Of a DNA stretch of 61,474 nt, positions 17,528 through 25,347 are shown piece after piece. This DNA is from an uncultured Candidatus Saccharibacteria bacterium (GTDB lineage Bacteria; Patescibacteriota; Saccharimonadia; Saccharimonadales; UBA10212). The position numbers and the translations under genes are program-made. Location of the stretch: the NCBI GenBank assembly GCA_964483315.1, contig CAZAAL010000003.1:90805-152278 (forward strand). The letters run 5' to 3'. A model generated the notes under the pieces. The model was not told the DNA's origin and searched no databases. It worked only from the letters and a program-made list of their open reading frames with translations. How positions within the stretch are numbered: position 1 is the stretch's first letter; every line of letters starts with the position of its first letter.

Positions 17528-18385
17528 GTGAAAGCACAAAACTCGCCTAAAATATCAGTTGTTATACCCTGTTATAACGAGCAGAACAATATCAAGTCTT
17601 GTTTAAAAGCTGTTTTGGCTCAGGATAAAGCAGTCTATGAGGTTATTGTCGTTAACAATAATTCAACCGACGACACGGCTAAAATTGTGGGTAAATTTAA
17701 AGGCGTAAGACTGATAAACGAGTCAAAACAGGGTCTAATCTCTGCTCGGAACAAAGGTATGAACACTGCCAAAGGCGATATCATTGCCCGAATCGACGCC
17801 GATACGATTGTGAGCAAGAGCTGGTCAAAGACATTGCTTTTGATGTTTAGTGATGAATCAATTCAGGCTGTGACCGGCACGGGCTATTTTTATGACGCTC
17901 CTTTTAAGCATTTATACCAGGGACTGCGTAATTTAATTGCGGTACACATTAATCGTGTAATACTTGGACATCACATGCTTTGGGGTACAAATATGGCCCT
18001 ACGTGCCACTTGCTGGCGGGCGGTTCGATCTGAGGTGTGTGCAGAATCCGATATTATGGAAGACCTAGATGTAGCAATCCATGTTAATCAGCTATATGGC
18101 AAAAAGTCACTTTTATTTAGTAAGGAACTTCGAGCAGATATATCTGCTCGTCGGGCAATGACCAATCTAAAACAAAATTATCTCTATCTAAGAATGTGGC
18201 CAAAAACTTTAAAAATGCACGGCTATATTTTATCGCCATTATTATGGCCAATAGTCTTAATTACTATGATTGGTGGCGTGCCTGTTAGTGCATCTCTCCG
18301 GTTGTATAACACTGACCAGCAAAGGCTAGTTTTTAGTAGAAAACAGTGGCAAACAAGCCAGTTATATGACCGTCCTGCGCCCTAA
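17528..18385 (+). CDS. Glycosyltransferase family 2
   Basis: ISVVIPCYNEQNNI, VVNNNSTDDT and ARIDADT (DxD) give a GT-A fold signature. GTG start. Confidence 0.8.
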   Translation: MKAQNSPKISVVIPCYNEQNNIKSCLKAVLAQDKAVYEVIVVNNNSTDDTAKIVGKFKGVRLINESKQGLISARNKGMNTAKGDIIARIDADTIVSKSWSKTLLLMFSDESIQAVTGTGYFYDAPFKHLYQGLRNLIAVHINRVILGHHMLWGTNMALRATCWRAVRSEVCAESDIMEDLDVAIHVNQLYGKKSLLFSKELRADISARRAMTNLKQNYLYLRMWPKTLKMHGYILSPLLWPIVLITMIGGVPVSASLRLYNTDQQRLVFSRKQWQTSQLYDRPAP

Positions 18386-18978
18386 GGCTTAGACTCGTAG
18401 GAACCGTATTTATTTACAAAAACCTCACAATTTGCCCAAACCCCTAGGTTAGAGTTTTTTGCTGATTCCTCATATGATTTAAATTCTGCAGATTTTTGGA
18501 ACGGAAAGCTAGTATATGCGAACCCTTGCCCTTCCTTTATTAGCTGAGAGTTTAACAATGCTCCATCCTTTAGGTAAACATATCGTAGTAGCCTATCATA
18601 CCTATCGCGATTCGTGTTTATCGGGTCTGCCTCGAGACGGACTTTATTTGAATGACTACTTATGACCTGTTTTGTGTAGTTAGATGCTTCAGGGCCCCAG
18701 CACTGAATAGGGGTATTAGGTTTATGTGTCTCAGGAGTATCGACTCCAATAAATCGAATAGTTTCAGATTTACCGGCCATATCTACAACTATTGTGTCGC
18801 CATCGTTAACCTCTTTAACTTCGTAAAATCCTTCTGAGCTAAGCTCTGAATGAGGAATTTTGATATTTATATTCGAGGCCTTATTTAAAACTACAACCAA
18901 AATAACAAGAAGAGTTAAAAGTATTATTGCACTAAAAATAGCTCTTCTTAGATCCCAGTTAGGTTGATTATTTTTCAT
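18382..18978 (-). CDS. Thermonuclease (SNase/micrococcal nuclease-like), secreted or anchored
   Basis: N-terminal TM, with RFIGVDTPE and DRYDRLLRYVY motifs. Confidence 0.85.
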   Translation of the reverse strand: MKNNQPNWDLRRAIFSAIILLTLLVILVVVLNKASNINIKIPHSELSSEGFYEVKEVNDGDTIVVDMAGKSETIRFIGVDTPETHKPNTPIQCWGPEASNYTKQVISSHSNKVRLEADPINTNRDRYDRLLRYVYLKDGALLNSQLIKEGQGFAYTSFPFQKSAEFKSYEESAKNSNLGVWANCEVFVNKYGSYESKP

Positions 18979-18989
18979 CTAATTTTATG

Positions 18990-19958
18990 TTAAGTTGAAA
19001 GATCTGTGCCAACTCGTTGCATTAGATCATCATGCATGTTTGACCTACCCTGTTCATACTCGATAACTTTTCTTCGTATCATAAGCACTAACTGGTTAGC
19101 CAAGTGCATTACTCCATCAGGATGTACGGATGATTTTAACAGCTCCTCATAGTATCGTCGATACTCATCCAAGCTTCCGTTTTGGTGGTTGACAGTGTAA
19201 CTTAAGATCTTGGTATATTCGGAATCTATTGTAAGTATACTTTTTATTACCTCTGTTATATTCTCATCAGTTTCGAATAAACGTAGGAGCCTGGCATTTA
19301 TTTCGGGCGTATCGGATTCGTGAATCCTGCCTTCAGTTAGACCCTGAGATTCGAGTACTTGCAGTAGTTTCCTGCCCAGAGAACGAGGCGACTCCATGGC
19401 TCGTTGAAGTCCATCTGGTTTTACCTCGCTTGAGTGGAATGATTTGTTAAATGAATTGATCTTTGCTCTTAAAAAATCCCACATATCTGCAAAATCTGGG
19501 ATTAAATCTTCTGTAGATATCTCGTCAGTTGGGTTTGACCCAGCCCCCCATTTTTTAAAATCTAATTTTTTTAAGTGCAACAGCATCGATTTATCGAGGG
19601 TGGAATCAAATGGATTTAACGGAACTTCTGCTGGCCATATATTTGGCTCCTGACCGACGTGGAACCGACTATCTATTTCCTGAAGTAGCATCGTCAATTC
19701 AGTAGAAGGCGAGTCGACTGTATGCGCGTATTTACCAAAAACATCAAAATCGCTGCGCATATTTTGGCTACCATGGTTTACTGAGCCATAAACCACCACC
19801 CCTCTAAGAACTGGTTCTCCAATTGACCGATATGCTTCATCCAAGACCAAACCGCGCTCGACAACCTCGCCAAGAAAAAAATGAGCCGCTTTTAGATGCG
19901 CTTCAGGGGTTGGTACATGGCCCATCGCTACCTGTTCAGGCGTAAAAACTCTTCCCAT
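18990..19958 (-). CDS. Nucleotidyltransferase (Pol-beta superfamily) domain protein with a helical C-terminal region
   Basis: VVVYGSVNHGSQNMRSDFDVF matches the hG[GS]-x9-13-D-h-D NTase signature. No HEPN R-x4-6-H motif is evident. Confidence 0.55.
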   Translation of the reverse strand: MGRVFTPEQVAMGHVPTPEAHLKAAHFFLGEVVERGLVLDEAYRSIGEPVLRGVVVYGSVNHGSQNMRSDFDVFGKYAHTVDSPSTELTMLLQEIDSRFHVGQEPNIWPAEVPLNPFDSTLDKSMLLHLKKLDFKKWGAGSNPTDEISTEDLIPDFADMWDFLRAKINSFNKSFHSSEVKPDGLQRAMESPRSLGRKLLQVLESQGLTEGRIHESDTPEINARLLRLFETDENITEVIKSILTIDSEYTKILSYTVNHQNGSLDEYRRYYEELLKSSVHPDGVMHLANQLVLMIRRKVIEYEQGRSNMHDDLMQRVGTDLST

Positions 19959-20020
19959 TAATCTTATAATGCCACCATGGGTTAAGATGACAAAATAAAA
20001 ACTACAATTTTACAATGATT

Positions 20021-20077
20021 TTAAAAATCGATTCCTTTATTGGCTAGGTATTTTTCATTAAAGTGATGCTTTAGCTT
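20021..20077 (-). repeat. Direct repeat copy A: a decayed duplicate of the last 18 codons plus stop of the cobO-like gene
   Basis: 57 nt align without gaps to 21357..21413 with 3 mismatches. On the minus strand copy A reads KLKHHFNEKYLANKGIDF*, against KLRHHFDKKYLANKGIDF* in the intact gene. Confidence 0.85.
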
Positions 20078-20127
20078 AGGTCTAATGCGGTTTTGTTTTT
20101 AGCGGATTAATACGATAAAATTTTTTA

Positions 20128-21360
20128 ATGCTCGAAGCTAGTGAGGGTAATGCGGAACCTATATTTGATGCCGGTGAGTATTGTGATCTTTTAGAACCCT
20201 TTAATTTTGGCGAAAGACAATCAGAGCATCTGAAGCTAAGTGATATTATTACTCTTGCCCAAATTCGACACACAAAAAATGCCGAGTTTGATTCGATTAA
20301 GGAATCTATCAAAAATACTGGTCTTATAAATCAAATTGACGTCGCTAGACTGACACCAGATGCTTTTGCAAGCTATTTAGATTTTATTAACCATCTTTAT
20401 AAAACAAGTTATGATTCTGTAGATTATCACCCGTGCAATGACGGTTATATGTATCTCGTAATTGCTGGTCATACTAGGTTCCAAGCCATGTGCGAGCTAG
20501 ATGAAGAACGACAAGAAAAATTGAAACAAAAGGGTTATTCAGGCCAAATTGATCCAGGCACAACTTACTGTAAAATTTATGATCAGCCTACACCAAATCA
20601 AATTATTTCGGTCCAGTTTAATGAGAATCTACATACCCAGCCAGCAAAAGAACGTAATGCAATGGTTATTGTGGAAGGATATTTTTACGGTTTACGAACA
20701 GGTTTATGGACAACCAAAGAAGAGTTTTTGCGGTTAACTGGAAAGAGTTTTAGCCGTAAGGTCTTAAATGATGCTATACATTTTTGTGAATTACCTGAAC
20801 ATATTCGAGAGTTTGTATTTTTAAAAGAAATCCCTTATTTAGCCGGGGTTGAGTTGGGTAGAAGTTTACCTATATTACAAGAAAAAATATTGACGACAGT
20901 GTTTAATGTTCTTCATCAGACAGATCTTAATGCAGATGAATTATCAACTTACAAAAGTGATATTCTGCAATGGCTTGGAGAAGAGGTAGCTTACATCCAA
21001 GTTCATAAACTCCAAGGAGCCGCGCTAAAGGGTCGTTATAGTAGCATGCGGGATTACCTGCAAGATGAAATTAATAAAAAACTTAATAAAAAAACTTCTG
21101 ATGAGCAACAACTTGGCTTAGATGTAATGCATGATCCTAAGCATGCCTGGGAGCTTGAACGCCGCCGCCGCCGGTATGCGTATGCTGGGTTAGTTGAACA
21201 AATTCAAAGAGGTATGGTCCAAAGGGGCACCAGAGCCATTGAGCTACATAATGAATTACTTAGACAGGGGTCTGAGGACCTACCAATTTATTTAGCAAAA
21301 AACTTTATAAATGCGGCCGAAAAACTAGGTTGGGTGGCCACTCAGCCAGCTAAAAGTTAA
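20128..21360 (+). CDS. ParB/Srx-fold (ParB-like nuclease domain) protein
   Basis: YMYLVIAGHTRFQAMCE resembles the ParB N-terminal domain core (h-h-x-G-h-h-R-h-x-A). The C-terminal two-thirds is unrecognised. Confidence 0.6.
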   Translation: MLEASEGNAEPIFDAGEYCDLLEPFNFGERQSEHLKLSDIITLAQIRHTKNAEFDSIKESIKNTGLINQIDVARLTPDAFASYLDFINHLYKTSYDSVDYHPCNDGYMYLVIAGHTRFQAMCELDEERQEKLKQKGYSGQIDPGTTYCKIYDQPTPNQIISVQFNENLHTQPAKERNAMVIVEGYFYGLRTGLWTTKEEFLRLTGKSFSRKVLNDAIHFCELPEHIREFVFLKEIPYLAGVELGRSLPILQEKILTTVFNVLHQTDLNADELSTYKSDILQWLGEEVAYIQVHKLQGAALKGRYSSMRDYLQDEINKKLNKKTSDEQQLGLDVMHDPKHAWELERRRRRYAYAGLVEQIQRGMVQRGTRAIELHNELLRQGSEDLPIYLAKNFINAAEKLGWVATQPAKS

Positions 21361-21413
21361 AAATCGATTCCTTTATTGGCTAGGTATTTTTTATCAAAGT
21401 GATGCCTTAGCTT
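21357..21413 (-). repeat. Direct repeat copy B: the functional 3' end of the cobO-like gene
   Basis: See copy A. The TAA stop of the ParB-like gene (21358-21360) lies inside this repeat. Confidence 0.85.
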
Positions 21414-21926
21414 GGTCATATTGGTAGCTATATCAACCTTGTCCAAAAACTCATCAGGAAAGTTGCGCCCAGTCAGGCACAGACTTGTTTTACTATGCCG
21501 TTTATCGATTAGAGTTTTTATTGCCGATTTAGGCAATAAACCTTCTTTAACAGCGTTATTTATCTCATCGCAAATCACTAGGTCGTATTTGCCAGAGCTG
21601 GCTAGTTTTAACGCTTTATCAAAAGTATCTTTTGCGGCCTTTTTATGTTCTTGTTCACTTACGCCCTTGGCACTTAAATCGCCGGCATTGTAAAAGCCCT
21701 TTCCGCCTTTATAAAAAAATAGCTTTGACTTAAAGATTGGTTCAATTGCTTTAATGAACTCGTGCTCGCCAACTGTCCAGTGTTTAATGAACTGGATATA
21801 TGCAACTGTCCAGCCAGTACCAAGCGCGCGCGACATTAGCCCAACACTCGCGCTGGTTTTACCCTTGCCCTCGCCTGTATAGACGATTACAACTGACTCT
21901 TTTGTTTTGTAATCTTCAAACGCCAT
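21357..21926 (-). CDS. Cob(I)yrinic acid a,c-diamide adenosyltransferase-like P-loop protein (CobO/BtuR family)
   Basis: VYTGEGKGKTSASVGL (P-loop), VAYIQFIK and LVICDEINNA. Confidence 0.75.
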   Translation of the reverse strand: MAFEDYKTKESVVIVYTGEGKGKTSASVGLMSRALGTGWTVAYIQFIKHWTVGEHEFIKAIEPIFKSKLFFYKGGKGFYNAGDLSAKGVSEQEHKKAAKDTFDKALKLASSGKYDLVICDEINNAVKEGLLPKSAIKTLIDKRHSKTSLCLTGRNFPDEFLDKVDIATNMTKLRHHFDKKYLANKGIDF

Positions 21927-21936
21927 TGCTAATCTA

Positions 21937-22572
21937 TTATACGCTTTCGAGTGCAGACGGAGGAATCGGCAGTTCTAGCCCAAGCTCGCCGGCAATTAAG
22001 GTTCTGACAATTCCTTGGGACTGTCGGTAAATAAGCGGTCCGATGTCTGGTGTTGGACGACGGTTGGCCATCTGCCTTAAAACATGAAGTACGGTGTTGT
22101 TATCTGGGGTTATTTTTTCAGTTAACTGCTTGATCTCTTGCTCCTGGGCGTATTGGTACTGCGAATACAGACAGTTTGCGTCGGTAACTAAAGCAAGTAC
22201 ATCATTGGCTACAATTTCCTGTTCGTTATAGCGGGACTCTATATTGTCTAAATTGCGAGCGACCTCCTCGGCTTGCTCTAAGCTTAGTGGGGAGCTCATA
22301 AGTTGTTGTAGCTTTTCTAGCTCTTGGCTGGCTTCATCTCGATTTCTAATCAAACTGGCGAGTTCAAGTGCATACATTACTATTGCTACTGATCGATTTT
22401 CAAGCGGTATTGCGTCGATCTCCTGGATTCGCTCTTCTGTAGCTCTTGCGTGTTGTTTTGATTTTTTTCGTACTATGGACCAGTCTTTAAGCGTATCTAA
22501 CTTCGACAATCTCTCAATATGAGTTGCAATAAAATCGCTCGTATCACTTGGTTGAGGAAAAACTGCTTCCAT
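21937..22572 (-). CDS. Hypothetical protein (helical, acidic)
   Basis: 211-aa ORF, co-directional with and 10 nt upstream of the cobO-like gene. No motif recognised. Confidence 0.5.
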   Translation of the reverse strand: MEAVFPQPSDTSDFIATHIERLSKLDTLKDWSIVRKKSKQHARATEERIQEIDAIPLENRSVAIVMYALELASLIRNRDEASQELEKLQQLMSSPLSLEQAEEVARNLDNIESRYNEQEIVANDVLALVTDANCLYSQYQYAQEQEIKQLTEKITPDNNTVLHVLRQMANRRPTPDIGPLIYRQSQGIVRTLIAGELGLELPIPPSALESV

Positions 22573-22642
22573 TACTGGCTCCTAGATTGATGATACGCTA
22601 AATGTAGCGCAGTGTAAACAACTTATTACACTACATAGCTGA

Positions 22643-22900
22643 CTAATCAACTAATTTGTATTGCCTTAAAGCCCCATCAATGCGCTCTCGGTCAAAGCCT
22701 AGTATCACTTCGTCGCCAATCTCTATTACCGGTACACCAGCCTGCCCTGTTTTTTGCATAATATACATACCAGCAAGCTGATCTTGTTCTACATTCACAT
22801 CCTCAAACTCGACTTTTCTACTCTTTAAGTACTCTTTAGCCATTTTACAAAAACCGCACCAAGTTGTGCTATAAACTTTAACCTTGTGACTTTTCGTCAT
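22643..22900 (-). CDS. Glutaredoxin-like protein (NrdH/YruB type)
   Basis: 85 aa with a CxxC active site in YSTTWCGFCKMAKEYL and a GVPVI motif. Confidence 0.85.
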   Translation of the reverse strand: MTKSHKVKVYSTTWCGFCKMAKEYLKSRKVEFEDVNVEQDQLAGMYIMQKTGQAGVPVIEIGDEVILGFDRERIDGALRQYKLVD

Positions 22901-23102
22901 CGTCTGCCCTATCTGATTTACTTGATTTTGGTGAGTCCGCTTTGTTGGAAAAAATTAACACTATACAGGCTAATACAATCAATATAAATGCCGAGATTAG
23001 TAAGATAGCAATCAATGGGTTATCGCTAATTTTATGCGAAAGCGATTGGGCAGATGTTTCTGTCTCGCCAGTTTGGTGCGCCAAATATATCATTACTATC
23101 AT
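22878..23102 (-). CDS. Possible small membrane protein
   Basis: 74-aa ORF with one TM (LIAILLISAFILIVLACIVLIF). Overlaps the glutaredoxin start by 23 nt. Coding status uncertain. Confidence 0.35.
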   Translation of the reverse strand: MIVMIYLAHQTGETETSAQSLSHKISDNPLIAILLISAFILIVLACIVLIFSNKADSPKSSKSDRADDDEKSQG

Positions 23103-23136
23103 AAGTATAACAAATTGTACTGCTATAATTGTTGTG

Positions 23137-23763
23137 ATGAGCAGGGATAAAAAACAGATAGCAAAGACTAGTTTAATTATATTAATTGGATTCTTGGTTG
23201 GAGTTATTTGGCTAGTGTCGCTTAGAGTAGTGCTTGCTAAAAATACCAGTCCCCATTATCACGCTAATTTTGCAGTGTTTGTTAACGGTGAAAGACTGAA
23301 GTTTGAAGGTCCAACTTTTTATGAAGAGATTACAGCCTGTTCTGACGACCAGTCATCTGATCCAAAAACACGAGCTCATATGCATAGTAATGTCTCGTAC
23401 TTAGTACACGTTCATGACGATTTAGTAACTTGGGGCAATTTTTTCGCTAACCTTAGATACGGTGTTAGCGATAAAGCGCTTACCTTGGATGATGTAGTAC
23501 TGGTTGACGGCCAAAATAACAATCAATTATCTTTTGTGCTAAATGGGCAACAAATTGATTCGGTTGCCAATAAAGTGATTAATAGCGAGGATAGATTATT
23601 GATAAGCTATGGGCAAGCTGATTCATCCCAGTTGAATGATCAGTTTAATCAGGTTGAACAAGATGCCAAAGACTACAATCAAAAACAAGACCCGGCCTCT
23701 TGTAGTGGGAGCGAAGCTTTATCGTGGTCACAAAAATTTAAAAAAGCCATAAGCTTTAACTAA
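23137..23763 (+). CDS. Hypothetical membrane-anchored protein with clustered His motifs
   Basis: The internal ATG at 23137 (MSRDKKQIAKTSLIILIGFLVGVIWLV...) is preferred, because the upstream part of track ORF 22942.. is antisense to another ORF. Motifs are HYHANF and HMHSNVSYLVHVHDD. Confidence 0.6.
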   Translation: MSRDKKQIAKTSLIILIGFLVGVIWLVSLRVVLAKNTSPHYHANFAVFVNGERLKFEGPTFYEEITACSDDQSSDPKTRAHMHSNVSYLVHVHDDLVTWGNFFANLRYGVSDKALTLDDVVLVDGQNNNQLSFVLNGQQIDSVANKVINSEDRLLISYGQADSSQLNDQFNQVEQDAKDYNQKQDPASCSGSEALSWSQKFKKAISFN

Positions 23764-23840
23764 CTTATAAAAATCTATTGAATATTTTGCAAACAGCGGT
23801 ATAGTTAGCCTAATACAATAATTATTGGGAGGTAATAAAA

Positions 23841-24521
23841 GTGAAATTTGATAAAGATAAACTAGCTATGCTGGTTGCCGAATTTATTGGTACCGCATTC
23901 TTGGCATTGTCGGCCCTGACCTTAATTAACACTACTTCGGTAGCTTATTTTATTGCAACAACGGTCGGGTTGACACTAGCTATTTTGGTTATGGTTCTAG
24001 GGCCTGTATCAGGTGGCCATTTTAATCCAGCAGTAACTTTTGGCCTCTGGACAGCGCGCAAAATTGATACACTTTCGGCTATTTTTTATATCATCGTGCA
24101 AATGCTTGGTGGGTTTGCTGCCTTAAAAGTTTTTGAATATTTAACCGATAAAACAATCAGCACAAAATCCACAGAATTTGATACACCGATCTGGCTAGCC
24201 GAAGTTGTGGGAACATTTATCTTTACAATGGGAATCGCTGCTGTAATTACTCGGGGCTATGATGGATTGCAAAAAGGCGTAACTATTGGGGCATCTTTGT
24301 TTGTAGGTATTATAATAGCGGCAAATGCTTCAGCAGGGCTACTTAACCCAGCGATAGCGCTATCGGTCAAAGATTTTACTTCAGCCTATGTTCTGGGCCC
24401 ACTACTTGGTGCCGTTTTAGGCTTTAATTTGTATATGTGGTTATTTACCCCTAAACCTAAACAAGTTAGTACAAACTCTAAAACACAAAAAACTAATTCA
24501 AAGACAAGAAAGCGCAACTAG
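23841..24521 (+). CDS. MIP-family channel (aquaporin/glycerol facilitator-like)
   Basis: Two NPA boxes (GGHFNPAVTF and LLNPAIAL). GTG start preceded by GGGAGG. Confidence 0.9.
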   Translation: MKFDKDKLAMLVAEFIGTAFLALSALTLINTTSVAYFIATTVGLTLAILVMVLGPVSGGHFNPAVTFGLWTARKIDTLSAIFYIIVQMLGGFAALKVFEYLTDKTISTKSTEFDTPIWLAEVVGTFIFTMGIAAVITRGYDGLQKGVTIGASLFVGIIIAANASAGLLNPAIALSVKDFTSAYVLGPLLGAVLGFNLYMWLFTPKPKQVSTNSKTQKTNSKTRKRN

Positions 24522-24546
24522 CACTAGTAAGAAAACAGGCTTTAGC

Positions 24547-25347
24547 GTGAACCCTGATAATTTAATTGAATTTGAAAGACGCGAAGAGTTAGCCAGAGCC
24601 ATCATTCCAGAGACTACAGCAGAGAGATTAGGATTTATTCCGGAGATGGACACTATTGAGTCGAGACAAGCCTTTTACAAAGTTGAGTATGAACATATGA
24701 AGGAGTACACTCCTAACATTTACACTAGTATAAACACACTTGGTGAAGCTTATGGGTGGCAAGAGTTTTGTGCGCCACAAAATAAAGGCTATAGTCAGAA
24801 AATCAAAGAGTTCAGACTTGCAAAGGCTAGGCGGGATACCCTTAAGAATAATTTCGTCATCGGTGGTTTTTATGGATCTCTAGCTTATCGATCTCAGACT
24901 GGCACCCAAGGGCACGAGACAGCTGACCTGCCCCTTGCATTTAGGTTAGGTTCTTCAGCTGGCTCGATGGCTGTAAATTATTCTAACGCTAAAACAATAT
25001 TTGAGTTATTAGAAAAAGACACTGAGGATGTAACCTTTTATCTATCCAATGTTATCAGTGAAACAAATATAACATATCCAAGTCCTGTAAAAGCCGTCAA
25101 AAAAGCAGTAATACTTGGCGCGGTTGCCAGTTACCATCTTTGCTCGTTCGCAGATTGGCATAACAAGGGCACAAAACATGAGATAAGCAAACAGCTTAAC
25201 GACTTATTCATAGATTCAATATGGCTTGAATTTGAATCGTACAAATACTCAATACGAAGAATGTTAGCCTTGATGCCATCAAAAATCCGACAGTACAAGG
25301 AACTTTCCAAATATATAGACTGTTATGGCAGTAATGTTATAAGCTAG
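24547..25347 (+). CDS. Hypothetical protein
   Basis: 266-aa ORF with no recognisable motif. Converges on the helicase gene with a 4-nt stop overlap. Confidence 0.5.
   Translation: MNPDNLIEFERREELARAIIPETTAERLGFIPEMDTIESRQAFYKVEYEHMKEYTPNIYTSINTLGEAYGWQEFCAPQNKGYSQKIKEFRLAKARRDTLKNNFVIGGFYGSLAYRSQTGTQGHETADLPLAFRLGSSAGSMAVNYSNAKTIFELLEKDTEDVTFYLSNVISETNITYPSPVKAVKKAVILGAVASYHLCSFADWHNKGTKHEISKQLNDLFIDSIWLEFESYKYSIRRMLALMPSKIRQYKELSKYIDCYGSNVIS

Larger units (their letters stand above)
20021..21413. mobile_element. Candidate insertion cassette: a ParB-like gene bracketed by 57-bp direct repeats. No recombinase is seen.
   Basis: The structure is DR - 50 nt - ParB-like CDS - DR. Removing one DR plus the insert would recreate a tandem cobO-like then NTase gene arrangement with a ~62-bp spacer. 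Confidence 0.3.

Noticed and set aside
18990-19958. MNT-HEPN-type toxin-antitoxin interpretation of the NTase protein
   Set aside because: I could not find a HEPN R-x4-6-H motif in the C-terminal region or in a neighbouring small gene. Only the NTase signature is supported.
20082-20312. 76-aa minus-strand ORF next to repeat copy A
   Set aside because: It is antisense to the ParB-like gene start and is not in frame with the cobO-like remnant, so it is not a surviving gene fragment.
22942-23136. N-terminal 65 codons of track ORF 22942..23763
   Set aside because: This part has no start-site support and is antisense to ORF 22878..23102. The internal ATG at 23137 begins a typical basic-then-TM N-terminus, so the shorter CDS was used.
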